The notes beneath the pieces were generated by a model. That model was not told the origin of the DNA. It saw only the letters and a list, made by a program, of their open reading frames with translations, and searched no databases. From positions 1 to 64,000 of IMG/VR virus record IMGVR_UViG_3300017963_000188: 64,000 nt of DNA. The stretch is one strand, 5' to 3'. The translations under genes and the position numbers were made by a program. Each line of letters starts with the position of its first letter. The stretch's first letter is position 1. Of the stretch, positions 37,370-46,616 are shown in pieces.

Positions 37370-38233
37370 TCATTTTCTTGCACCACGAGTCAGTTTGTAG
37401 TACCGACACTGTACCGAGTTTAGGCTACGTCCCAATTTTTTTGCCACAGCAACTAGATTAGGAAGACCCGTTTCGAGTCTTGACTCTATAGCCATGTCAA
37501 TTATGATTCTATCCTCTTCTGGAGTGTATTTACGTTTCCTATCCTTCTTTACTTCCACCCCATCCCAGATCCCATTGGCTACGTCTCGTATCCGTTTCGA
37601 GTCTTTGAGGTTCGTGTGTGGATTGTCCAATATGGCTTGGGCTATCTCCTTTACCCCCTTCTCTGTCAATCTGCGGTCACGGTAAGAGATTCGTTTCCAA
37701 TACCTGTGTACGGTCTGGTAGCTCACCCCCAGGACCTGAGCAGCTCTGGTGAAGTTCCATCTCTGGTCTTTCCAACGACGACCCAATTTAGAGGCACGTT
37801 GACATATCGCTGCTTTGGACCGATTGAATTCATCTGCTATATCATCCAGCTCTTTCCACTCCAACCTATCCAGCATCATCCAATCATCTTGTTTTTTCCA
37901 TTTCCTATTTGGAGCTTCGACCCACCCATTTTTTTCGCATACACTTTGTATTGCCTTAGGTGTCCGGTCCAGTTTCTCTGCTATCTCTTTATTGCTGTAG
38001 CCTTGGAGTCTATAAATAAGTACCAGTTCCAGTTCATTATCGGTCCATCTTCTACCAGCTTTCTGGACCCATCTTTTTTTTCTGCATCTGGTAAGTATGG
38101 CTGCCTTGGTTCGATTCAGTTTTTTAGCAATCTTCTCACGATCCACCCCACGTTCAATTAGTGACTTGAGTAGTCTATCTTCAGTTTCGGTCCAAGGTCT
38201 TCTGAGACTCTCTTTGAACTTTCGTTTCGTCAT
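37370..38233 (-). CDS. tandem Myb/SANT-like HTH repeat protein
   Basis: WTETEDRLL, WTDNELEL, WKKQDD and YTPEEDRII repeats; paralog of 5285-6007. Confidence 0.7.
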   Translation of the reverse strand: MTKRKFKESLRRPWTETEDRLLKSLIERGVDREKIAKKLNRTKAAILTRCRKKRWVQKAGRRWTDNELELVLIYRLQGYSNKEIAEKLDRTPKAIQSVCEKNGWVEAPNRKWKKQDDWMMLDRLEWKELDDIADEFNRSKAAICQRASKLGRRWKDQRWNFTRAAQVLGVSYQTVHRYWKRISYRDRRLTEKGVKEIAQAILDNPHTNLKDSKRIRDVANGIWDGVEVKKDRKRKYTPEEDRIIIDMAIESRLETGLPNLVAVAKKLGRSLNSVQCRYYKLTRGARK

Positions 38234-38280
38234 GGTCTATAATACCATGATTGGAAATGTTTGGGGAATGTCTGGAAAGT

Positions 38281-39207
38281 TTAGACACGATTCTTAGGCT
38301 GGGAAGTCTGGTAGATGTTAGACATCATATACATGTCACGGTTCTGCTTCTTCAGACGCTCGATTTCAGCATCCTTTTCTTTGATGATCTGGTCTTTCTC
38401 TTTTGATTCCTTACCCATCTCGTAGACTTGATTCAGAACAGCAGCCATATCACAACCCTGGCTTTTCTCTGACATTTCAGCTTTGACCAGACCAACCTGG
38501 ATCTCGACCATTGCCTGGGTCAGCCAACGACGGAACATTGGAGCCCTCTTCATGGTGGAAGTGCTGCAAATTTCAATGGCACCGACCAGGTTGAATCCGA
38601 CCACGTTACGTTCTTTACCATCCTTTGTGATGGTAGGGACCAGACAACTGTAACCTTCCAGTTTCTGACGAGTCACGATATTTGAAATACTCCGCTTCGG
38701 GTCTTTGTATCCCAACGCTTTCCCGAGCTGTTCACGAGTCACGATGGGATTTTGATTCTCAGCATACATACAGATGCTGTGATTGCCATACATCTTGGTG
38801 CCTGCCAGAGAATATCCGTTGGTAGGGACCAGATCGGTAACCACTTCTGCCTCAACAACCTCAGGCTCAACAACCTCAGGCTCAACAACCTCAGGCTCAA
38901 CAACCTCAGGTTTGGGCATAGGTTCGGGTTTGGATTCAGGTTTGGGCTCAGGTTTGGACAGATAGTTCTCCTCGAACACCATCATATCATCAGCGATGGA
39001 TTCGGTTTTGTGAGCCAGCTTCTTTCCGAACTTATCCACCATCTCACAGACCCCTTCCATGGACACAACCCTCTCCCCTGCATCTTTCCAGACACATTCA
39101 GGAGAGAGCTTCTGAGCTACTGTGGTCGGTGAATAGGTGGAACCGATAGCTTTGATGAGATTCTTCAGGTTGACTACCACGAATCCTCTTGAGACTTGAA
39201 ATTTCAT
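38281..39207 (-). CDS. Bro-N-like DNA-binding protein with a PEVVE repeat linker
   Basis: IVTREQLGKALGYKDPKRSISNI..FNLVGAIEICSTS..APMFRRWL. Confidence 0.6.
   Translation of the reverse strand: MKFQVSRGFVVVNLKNLIKAIGSTYSPTTVAQKLSPECVWKDAGERVVSMEGVCEMVDKFGKKLAHKTESIADDMMVFEENYLSKPEPKPESKPEPMPKPEVVEPEVVEPEVVEPEVVEAEVVTDLVPTNGYSLAGTKMYGNHSICMYAENQNPIVTREQLGKALGYKDPKRSISNIVTRQKLEGYSCLVPTITKDGKERNVVGFNLVGAIEICSTSTMKRAPMFRRWLTQAMVEIQVGLVKAEMSEKSQGCDMAAVLNQVYEMGKESKEKDQIIKEKDAEIERLKKQNRDMYMMSNIYQTSQPKNRV
38851..38910. repeat. 15-bp exact tandem repeat x4 (in-frame PEVVE)
   Basis: ctcaacaacctcagg x4. Confidence 0.9.
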
Positions 39208-39225
39208 ATCGTCACCTCCTATGAC

Positions 39226-39254
39226 TCTATACTGAAACTTTTCGGATTTTTAAA
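39226..39254 (-). promoter_or_regulatory. phage promoter TTTAAA-N17-TATAGA
   Basis: exact consensus, then AGGAGGT and the ORF at 39207. Confidence 0.85.
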
Positions 39255-39339
39255 TTTTTATATCTTGGAAGGTTAAATTTTTTTGCCGTGTAATATTAGA
39301 TGTTTAACCCACTTTTTATATTTTTTACCTCATAATCGG

Positions 39340-39467
39340 TCAAGGGGGGATCACAGTGATCCCCCCTTGAACCTGTGTCATATAATAATTTTTCTGCATA
39401 TTATCAGTAGGTTAAGCCCACTTTTTTATCCCTTTATATTTAGGGGGGATCATGGTGATCCCCCCTA
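39340..39467. repeat. two GGGGGGATCA-centred palindromes
   Basis: TCAAGGGGGGATCAC-A-GTGATCCCCCCTTGA (39340-39370) and TAGGGGGGATCA-TGG-TGATCCCCCCTA (39441-39467). Confidence 0.9.
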
Positions 39468-39505
39468 TAATTTTTGACCACCTGTAGAATGATTAGGAGG
39501 AAACG

Positions 39506-40096
39506 ATGCGATTAAGACCAGGCATGGTTTGGGTACATTGTGGTGGCACTGCTGAAGCTAAGACTATCAGTTCTTTACTACTCACCCAAAGATTTGAACG
39601 ATACTACTGTGGCTTTGATGGTTCTGATCCCCTAAAGCTCATGGCAAAGTTTAATATTGGTGGGAAGGTTGTGGTGAGTAGAACTGAAATAGATGATCAA
39701 GATCAAACATTCCCTTTCTCTTTCCATATTCTCCCTCCCACCGAAGCTAAGAAGAAGCTCGTCATCATAGATTCTATAGAAATGATAACGAGTCGATACA
39801 CCATGTTGTATCATCACAGAAACCATTTGATTAGACAGGCACGAGAATGGAAAAGTCCTGTAATGATGATAAGTCAAGTATCTCGTGAAACTATGCAAAA
39901 AGCTAAGAAGGAACAGATACGTAATGAGACTAGTGGGTATTTGATCGGAAATAATCTGGGATTTGATGCTGCTCTCCCTGATATCATAACCACTTCTCTA
40001 CGACGGAGAGACAATTCTGTTTTGATTCAGTGTCTGAAAGGTTATAAGTGGGCCTCAAAGATTTGGTATTGGTCAGGTCCTCTCAGGAAGGCATAA
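39506..40096 (+). CDS. degenerate RecA/DnaB-type ATPase-fold protein
   Basis: GGTAEAKT at the Walker A position, LVIIDSI (Walker B), PVMMISQVSR. Confidence 0.5.
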   Translation: MRLRPGMVWVHCGGTAEAKTISSLLLTQRFERYYCGFDGSDPLKLMAKFNIGGKVVVSRTEIDDQDQTFPFSFHILPPTEAKKKLVIIDSIEMITSRYTMLYHHRNHLIRQAREWKSPVMMISQVSRETMQKAKKEQIRNETSGYLIGNNLGFDAALPDIITTSLRRRDNSVLIQCLKGYKWASKIWYWSGPLRKA

Positions 40097-40119
40097 ATTT
40101 TTTTGCAACGAGGATATAG

Positions 40120-40653
40120 ATGAAATCCGATCTCACCGACCCAAAGCAGCTTGATGAGCATATTCAAATGCTTCGAGAAAGATTAAGGTGTGACCAATTG
40201 GATCTACAAGATGCTTTGGATCTCAAGGCTAGATTGGCATGCCCCTTCTCTATTGGAGATCATGTCACTGGAGGTGCTGTTGGGGAATCCATTGGCAAAG
40301 TTTCTGGAGTATCCTTTGATGATTCCAATGACGAACAGGTTCTGAGAATCATCATAGCTGAAGGTCTACCTGGTGAATACCCAATACTGGTCAGAGAACG
40401 TTGGTTCTCACAACTAGAAAAGGTAGAAGAGAAAGTAGATCCCACTAAACTCTATGTGGTCAGACTCTATGATGGTTTCGATAATCAGTGGATTGATGTA
40501 AGTGGTCCTGTGTCAAGACCTGAGGCTGAAGAGATTTGGAAACAGAAAACTGATAATGGAAGCCACAATACCAAGTTTGAAGATATAGATTACTACAATA
40601 TTTTCCCTGCCAATACTAAGATGCTCTACTCAAACGGATTCGGTGAAAGATAA
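40120..40653 (+). CDS. hypothetical protein
   Basis: GAGG RBS. Confidence 0.7.
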   Translation: MKSDLTDPKQLDEHIQMLRERLRCDQLDLQDALDLKARLACPFSIGDHVTGGAVGESIGKVSGVSFDDSNDEQVLRIIIAEGLPGEYPILVRERWFSQLEKVEEKVDPTKLYVVRLYDGFDNQWIDVSGPVSRPEAEEIWKQKTDNGSHNTKFEDIDYYNIFPANTKMLYSNGFGER

Positions 40654-40713
40654 TTATCCATTTATAGATCTTTAAATATAGGTTATGTTGTTATTCTATA
40701 TTGGAGATTTACC

Positions 40714-41877
40714 ATGAGCTTCGAATCTATAGTTTCAAGAGTAGTACACAGATCCAGTGATAAGTATGAGTTCTTAGAAGGCAATCCTGAACTCACTTTC
40801 AAAGTTGGTACAGATTGGATTCCTGATTTAGAATATCCAATGGATGACCAAGACCTGGCAGACCTAATACAAGACATGATTTACGAAGATTGTAAAGCTA
40901 TGGGTGGGGACATCTCAAAGAGTGAAGTGGATGTAGATAAGGTAGGTTTTGGTGGTGGTGACAAGACATGGAAAAGCACTACCTTTACAGCCATTGTCAC
41001 AGTAGGACCCTTCGAAGGAAAAGTCTATGGGAAAGGTACTGGACTAGTTGAAGAGTATGATGCTTGGATTCGTCCAGAGAGTTTCAGCATTATGTTTGGT
41101 GGAAGAGGAGAAAAGGAAAGCTCCAATAAAGAAGGTTCCAAAGAAAGCTCGAATAAAGAAGGTTGGCTCAAGAAATTCATCGTATTACTCAAGAACATCA
41201 ATCTTGGTGACTATAGAACCATGACCGATGAAGATTGGGATTGGATCATTGATGCCTATCGTCCCGAAGCTGATCATTTTGAGTATTTTCTCAGATTAAA
41301 TGAAAATCGCACCTTTGACAAAGAGAATGATCTCAATTCCCTGGTCATTGAGGCTAACAACATCTTATCAGAACTTGAAGCTCAACTCTTGAAGATGCAA
41401 CGAGATGTGGATACCCCTGAACTGAATCAAACCTTGGATCTGATTCATGAGCTTCAGAAGACAAAAACATCAGCTCTTGAAGGACTCAAGGTCACAGACT
41501 ATGGTTTCTTTGAAGCTCCCCCAGATGATCTAGATCCTGACTTTGCTATGACTGCTGAAGTTACATTTTCAGTATCTGGACCTCTGCTAGCAAAACTTCT
41601 GGGTCGTCAACAGAGAATGGTTGAGAGAGTCTTGAAGGAACTCAAACCTGACAAGGCTATTAGACAACTCCATGATGGGCCTGCCTCTGATACTATCCTG
41701 AAGGCTTTGAAACGCTATGTTGACCGATCTGTCTATGATATGGGTCAGGAAGAATATGATCGAGACGCATACATGGAACGATATGATTGGGGCAATACTG
41801 AATATTGGGAAGCTAGGATTGGCCCCAATTCAATTACCTACCGAGTCGAGTTGGATGTGTTGGGTGAGTGGGACTAA
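40714..41877 (+). CDS. acidic multi-segment protein with a duplicated KESSNKEG linker
   Basis: leader SFESIVSRVVHRSS; 24-bp near-duplication around 41113-41165. Confidence 0.75.
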   Translation: MSFESIVSRVVHRSSDKYEFLEGNPELTFKVGTDWIPDLEYPMDDQDLADLIQDMIYEDCKAMGGDISKSEVDVDKVGFGGGDKTWKSTTFTAIVTVGPFEGKVYGKGTGLVEEYDAWIRPESFSIMFGGRGEKESSNKEGSKESSNKEGWLKKFIVLLKNINLGDYRTMTDEDWDWIIDAYRPEADHFEYFLRLNENRTFDKENDLNSLVIEANNILSELEAQLLKMQRDVDTPELNQTLDLIHELQKTKTSALEGLKVTDYGFFEAPPDDLDPDFAMTAEVTFSVSGPLLAKLLGRQQRMVERVLKELKPDKAIRQLHDGPASDTILKALKRYVDRSVYDMGQEEYDRDAYMERYDWGNTEYWEARIGPNSITYRVELDVLGEWD

Positions 41878-42125
41878 ATAGGGTACATATCACTGTACCA
41901 GCGATCAATCTCATCAAAGAGTTCTTTGTCAGCTTTATCATATTCTTTTTTGATCTTCAGAAATGCTTCAGCCAAGGTACGTAATTTGGAGCTTGGATCA
42001 AGTTCTTTTACAGCTATTTCTGCAATCCCTGCAATAGTGGTATCCACTTTATTATCATGGATCATTTCCATAAGCTCTGTTTCAGTCATTGCTCTGACTT
42101 TACGTGCTCTTTTATATCTATACAT
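41874..42125 (-). CDS. MYRY-leader small protein
   Basis: MYRYKRARKVRA. Confidence 0.75.
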   Translation of the reverse strand: MYRYKRARKVRAMTETELMEMIHDNKVDTTIAGIAEIAVKELDPSSKLRTLAEAFLKIKKEYDKADKELFDEIDRWYSDMYPI

Positions 42126-42127
42126 GC

Positions 42128-42670
42128 CTACACCCTCTCTTGAAGGTCCTTGATTACTTCTTCCAGAATATATTGAGCTTTGTAGGGCATTTCTGATTCA
42201 ATACCAGGGGCAACTTTGTTGATCTCTTTAGCCACACTATCAGCAATCCTTATTGCTACTTCATCAAGCTCTGGGTATTCACCAGCTCTCACCTTCCTGG
42301 ATCTCCGTGATCTTTTCCCTACATACTTCTGTAGATCTTTGTATCGTTGCTCAGTTCCTGCTTCACCACCACTCTCTTCCCACTCTTCAGGAGTTCCACC
42401 CCACCTTGGATCAAGACCTGGGTGAGTCACTACTCCATTAGCCAGTTCCATTTTCTCCATCTTACCAAACTGGTCAGAATCGAGATCATAGATACGTTTG
42501 ATTTTAGTGGGCTTATTATTATACATCACTTCATCACCCACATAGTAGGTTTTGTCACCCACTTGCATTTTATCCTTATTCACTTCTTCTCTGGCTGTCT
42601 TCTGGGATCTTGCCACAACCCTATCTGCCATTTTTCTATACATGCTTGAAGACATCACTGATTTTTCCAT
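42128..42670 (-). CDS. two-segment protein with KTA and RSRKVRA linkers
   Basis: MYRKMADRVVARSQKTA; KRSRRSRKVRA. Confidence 0.75.
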   Translation of the reverse strand: MEKSVMSSSMYRKMADRVVARSQKTAREEVNKDKMQVGDKTYYVGDEVMYNNKPTKIKRIYDLDSDQFGKMEKMELANGVVTHPGLDPRWGGTPEEWEESGGEAGTEQRYKDLQKYVGKRSRRSRKVRAGEYPELDEVAIRIADSVAKEINKVAPGIESEMPYKAQYILEEVIKDLQERV

Positions 42671-42679
42671 GTCAATCTC

Positions 42680-43009
42680 CTACAATCTGATTGTACTATC
42701 TGCAATTGGTTTGTTATTGATAAGAGCCGTGACTTCTGGGACGTTTACTTCTAGAACAATCTCACTTGGATCTATATCATGATCATCTAGATAATCAAAG
42801 ATGATAGGTTCAAGATTATCTATAGCAAACAGGAATCTGCCCAAAGAGAAGTCATATCCTGCATCCATAAGTTCTTCGTGAATTTCTATGAGCACATCAT
42901 CTTGGAACATGCCATATTCGTCCATGATACCATCGAATTCTGGCATTATTTTTTTTGCTAATCTCCTCAAATAAGAAACTGTTTTGAAGTTTGCTGCTAA
43001 TCGAAACAT
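42680..43009 (-). CDS. acidic protein with an LRRLAKKI leader
   Basis: GAGG RBS. Confidence 0.7.
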   Translation of the reverse strand: MFRLAANFKTVSYLRRLAKKIMPEFDGIMDEYGMFQDDVLIEIHEELMDAGYDFSLGRFLFAIDNLEPIIFDYLDDHDIDPSEIVLEVNVPEVTALINNKPIADSTIRL

Positions 43010-43020
43010 GATTTTGACCT

Positions 43021-43293
43021 CTACAAACCACTGTCTTTGATTTCTTGGTTTGTTTCCTGTAATCTTTTATTTAGAAAGGTCATTACCTCAAGGAACCGAT
43101 TAAGTTGTTTGACCCTTGATGGATCGTCAAAGGAAAATCGATCAGGTTTAGAATCAACAATCTCATCAATAAGACGTTTTGTTTCTTGGCTTAGTTCTAG
43201 ATGTTTTTCAGTCTGATTTCTGAGTTTTCTGAGAGGTGTTACTTCGTCTACATGTCTCTCAAGTAAACCAGCTCTTTTTGGATATCGGTACAT
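43021..43293 (-). CDS. MYRY-leader small protein
   Basis: MYRYPKRA. Confidence 0.75.
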   Translation of the reverse strand: MYRYPKRAGLLERHVDEVTPLRKLRNQTEKHLELSQETKRLIDEIVDSKPDRFSFDDPSRVKQLNRFLEVMTFLNKRLQETNQEIKDSGL

Positions 43294-43296
43294 ATC

Positions 43297-43488
43297 TTAC
43301 CTCTTTCGTTCCAGCTTAGCATGGAGTTCTTCAATCTTTAACCATAGTCTCCAAATCACATACCCTTCAATGACCATGATTGCGTATGGACCTCCAACCT
43401 TCAGAAATTCAAGCACCTTTTGTGCTGTTGTCAATGTGGCATCGATCATATCTGACCTTTTACAGATAAACTTTCCCGTCATCCCCAA
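43297..43488 (-). CDS. small single-TM protein (holin-like)
   Basis: GGPYAIMVIEGYVIW followed by a charged tail; start probably MIDAT. Confidence 0.45.
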   Translation of the reverse strand: MGMTGKFICKRSDMIDATLTTAQKVLEFLKVGGPYAIMVIEGYVIWRLWLKIEELHAKLERKR

Positions 43489-44950
43489 TATATGGGTCTA
43501 CCCCACCAAAGGTGTGACTGATATCGGTGAGAACTTTCCCTACTTCTTCAGTGTAATCTGAGCTATCCCAGAATCCTGCCCCATGACCATTTCTAGTAAG
43601 CCAGAAATTATGTCCAAGGCTCACACTATCCATTTCATCTACAGCTTCTTTCCCAAGCTTTTCCTCAGCCAAAGAAATGAAACCTTCAATGTCTTCACGG
43701 CTTTCTTTCAGAGCTTCATCTGAGAAATCACTAATATCAACCAGGTCATCCATTGGAGTCCCTGAATTATCATCTTCATCTTCAAAATGGACACTGGACC
43801 ACAGAGCTGTCTCTAGATATGAATCGAGAAGGTCATCTTCCCAGTTTGCTTGTTTTGCACCCATAGAAGATTCTTTCATATCTTCTTTTATTTCTTGCTT
43901 TCTTTCATAGACATGTTCTGCAATCTCATGCCAATTGATTTCTCTCAGGCTTGCATTGAGGATATCAGAGTAAGGTCCACTTGGAAGATCTGGAGCATTC
44001 TCTTCAGCATCGTTTTGAAGCATCCTAGCAATGTCTCCCTCACTCATATCTTCATCAAGAGCTGTTTCTGCATAGCCATTGATCTCATCACCCTGGTCCA
44101 TCCACAGAGCCCAGTTCCAAGTCTCATAGTTGGTCCATCCATTGTACTCTGCTGTTTTTGAACTCTTAACTACCTTGTCTGAATATTCTTTTTCAAGACT
44201 TTCAGTATCCCACTGATCATCAACTAATGCTTGGGCTTGAGGAGAATCCTCTACAACCTCTGCATCAATAGAGTAGTCTGGCCATTGTCCTCCCTGTAAA
44301 GGAGAATCTACAACCACTCTCCCACCATCTTCCATGATAATTTCAAATACTTCATGTAATTCAAACTGATCTTCATAATAACCACGTTCATCGAAATCAT
44401 CACGATCCCATTCACTGATAGGATGTCCAATTTCATCACCGTGATCTTCAAGTATTTCCCAATCACTACGAGTTACATACCAATTTCTCATCTTATTGAA
44501 GAGTTCTTCACTGATGTCTTCATAGTTACCAGCGATGTTAAGTTCATGATATGTTTCAATTTTCTTGATTGGATGGTTTGCTGCTTTCTTATTTGCTGCT
44601 ATATCAAACATAGTGCTCACCTCGAAAAGTGTTATTTCAACTTCTTTCCCCATATCTATAATAGAGATATCTTTCCCCAAACCTTGTTTACCAATATCCA
44701 TACCAGCTCTTTCGGCTTGCTTTTTAGCTACCTCTTCAAACTTAGCTGAAAGAACTTTGTTGGGGAATTTATATTTGAGTTCAAAGTCATCGAAAATCTC
44801 AAACTCTGAAGGCTGACCAGATGTTCTCACACCCTTATACTTTTTAGCTATTCGATCAAGTTCAGAAATGAAAGTGTCCATTTCCATAGCTTTTTTGCTA
44901 TTAGCACTTTTTCTGCCAGACCACTTATTTGACCAATTGTATCTATACAT
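43460..44950 (-). CDS. MYRY-leader acidic polyprotein-like protein (about 4 segments)
   Basis: linkers KSANSKKA, IAANKKAA, KSSKTA and GAKQA; segments YNGWTNYETWNWALW and GHNFWLTRNGHGAGFWD. Confidence 0.8.
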   Translation of the reverse strand: MYRYNWSNKWSGRKSANSKKAMEMDTFISELDRIAKKYKGVRTSGQPSEFEIFDDFELKYKFPNKVLSAKFEEVAKKQAERAGMDIGKQGLGKDISIIDMGKEVEITLFEVSTMFDIAANKKAANHPIKKIETYHELNIAGNYEDISEELFNKMRNWYVTRSDWEILEDHGDEIGHPISEWDRDDFDERGYYEDQFELHEVFEIIMEDGGRVVVDSPLQGGQWPDYSIDAEVVEDSPQAQALVDDQWDTESLEKEYSDKVVKSSKTAEYNGWTNYETWNWALWMDQGDEINGYAETALDEDMSEGDIARMLQNDAEENAPDLPSGPYSDILNASLREINWHEIAEHVYERKQEIKEDMKESSMGAKQANWEDDLLDSYLETALWSSVHFEDEDDNSGTPMDDLVDISDFSDEALKESREDIEGFISLAEEKLGKEAVDEMDSVSLGHNFWLTRNGHGAGFWDSSDYTEEVGKVLTDISHTFGGVDPYIGDDGKVYL

Positions 44951-45042
44951 GGGTTTCCTCCATTACAAATTGTTCTATATCTAAAATCTACAAATAAACT
45001 ATTTATCTATATGTTTAAGTAGAAACTTTTTAGGAGCAGGTC

Positions 45043-45339
45043 ATGGACATTATTGATAAGGTAGCAGAACGAGTCACGGCAGACGATGGTGAAGCAGCGG
45101 TTGAAGATGCATTTTTCTATGAGATGTATCAGAAATTCATTCGACAAGAACTCGATAAATTCTTTAAGAATCTAGATCAAACTCTCCTTAAGATCCAACA
45201 TGGTGAGTGGCCACCTAAGATGGAATATAAGGTGATGAGATACAAACCTATGGGTATGACCGACCAAGAGTTCAGAGAACATCTTGTCGATGAATATCTG
45301 AGTTGGAAGCATGAAGTTCAGGGATTGATAAGGGAATAA
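45043..45339 (+). CDS. protein with an IIDKVAERVTA leader
   Basis: AGGAG RBS. Confidence 0.7.
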   Translation: MDIIDKVAERVTADDGEAAVEDAFFYEMYQKFIRQELDKFFKNLDQTLLKIQHGEWPPKMEYKVMRYKPMGMTDQEFREHLVDEYLSWKHEVQGLIRE

Positions 45340-45340
45340 A

Positions 45341-45568
45341 ATGATACGTGATATGATTCGGTTCTATTCTCGAACTTCTTTTGTCTTGAACCAGGATTAT
45401 AGCCCTGAGCAAAGACTTAACAACCAGAGTCCCCTTCCTACCTATGAAGAGGGAACACAGTTCATGCTTGTGGAACATCTCGGTAATGATGGTGACCTTT
45501 TGCTCAGAGATAGTGAAGGTCGTGAATTTATCGTAGATGGAGATGTTGCTTTAGAACTATTCCAATAA
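45341..45568 (+). CDS. hypothetical protein
   Basis: ORF in operon. Confidence 0.6.
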   Translation: MIRDMIRFYSRTSFVLNQDYSPEQRLNNQSPLPTYEEGTQFMLVEHLGNDGDLLLRDSEGREFIVDGDVALELFQ

Positions 45569-45624
45569 ACTCAAGATCTAGAACAATAAAAAATAGATTG
45601 GGTAGAGTCATCTGGAGGTGAGGC

Positions 45625-45837
45625 ATGACTCGTCATAAAGATCTCCAAGAACTCTATGATTTGGCTACCAGTGTCTCATGGGGCATGAGCCACAGTTCTG
45701 CTAGTGTAGGTCAGGTTTGTGTCAGATGTCATAAACCAAAAGGTGAGTTCACCACTGAGAAGGCTCATAGAGAATATGGTATTTCAGGTCTCTGCGAGTC
45801 TTGTCAAAACGAAGTATTCAAACCACCAGAGGAATGA
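45625..45837 (+). CDS. zinc-finger protein
   Basis: CVRC..EYGISGLCESCQ. Confidence 0.7.
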   Translation: MTRHKDLQELYDLATSVSWGMSHSSASVGQVCVRCHKPKGEFTTEKAHREYGISGLCESCQNEVFKPPEE

Positions 45838-45838
45838 G

Positions 45839-46018
45839 ATGGAAGACAAAGACAAGCAGGAGCAGAGAGCTGAAGAAAGTGAGTACAAAGGCAATCCTAT
45901 GATTACTCTCCACCCCTATGGGAATCATGGTTTCAGCTTTGGGTACAAGAAGGCATGTCTTATCGTAGATTTAATAGATGACATCAAGGCTTTTGTGGAT
46001 CGTCACAAGGAACAGTGA
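45839..46018 (+). CDS. small conserved protein (possibly PC4-like fold)
   Basis: SEYKGNPMITL..FSFGYKKACLIVDLIDDIKAFV. Confidence 0.55.
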   Translation: MEDKDKQEQRAEESEYKGNPMITLHPYGNHGFSFGYKKACLIVDLIDDIKAFVDRHKEQ

Positions 46019-46541
46019 TTCCAAACTCAGCTAGTTTGGCTTCTTCTTCAGTTTGTTGTTCAGCCCAACCTTTTCGAATCTCTTCATGTCTTTCCTCTTC
46101 TGTCATATCGAGAAGAGTCTTTTTTTCAACCTTCCTTATCCCTTGCTTATACTCATCTTTTTGTAACGGACCACGTTCTCTGAACCTGGCAGCAAACAAC
46201 CCAAATTGAGGTGTCTCATAATCATACTGTGATGCTTTGTAGAATAGTTCTGAGATTTGCTTGAGTACCACGGGATGTGGATGGAACTGGATCGTAGAAG
46301 TTTGCCCCATGTTACTGAGACTGAACCGAACAATAGGATGTCCGTGTTTGTTCTTGAAAATCTTGATGCCAACACCACCATTGTTGATGTGGTAATGATC
46401 TTCAATTACATCAGTCCAAACTTCTACATCACTTTCCATTCGGTGGATTTTCTCATCACCAAGTTCTGTGTCAAACCATTTGCTACTGATACTAACGGTG
46501 GTGTCTGGACGAGGGACTACTCTAATCTCTTTGGCTTCCAT
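45984..46541 (-). CDS. hypothetical protein
   Basis: AGGAGG RBS before MEAKE. Confidence 0.7.
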   Translation of the reverse strand: MEAKEIRVVPRPDTTVSISSKWFDTELGDEKIHRMESDVEVWTDVIEDHYHINNGGVGIKIFKNKHGHPIVRFSLSNMGQTSTIQFHPHPVVLKQISELFYKASQYDYETPQFGLFAARFRERGPLQKDEYKQGIRKVEKKTLLDMTEEERHEEIRKGWAEQQTEEEAKLAEFGITVPCDDPQKP

Positions 46542-46616
46542 TGCTGACCTCCTGGTCGGTATGGGGTTTATGTGCTGCGCTACTGCGCTATTTATAGGGG
46601 GGTACAAAAAGACTAT

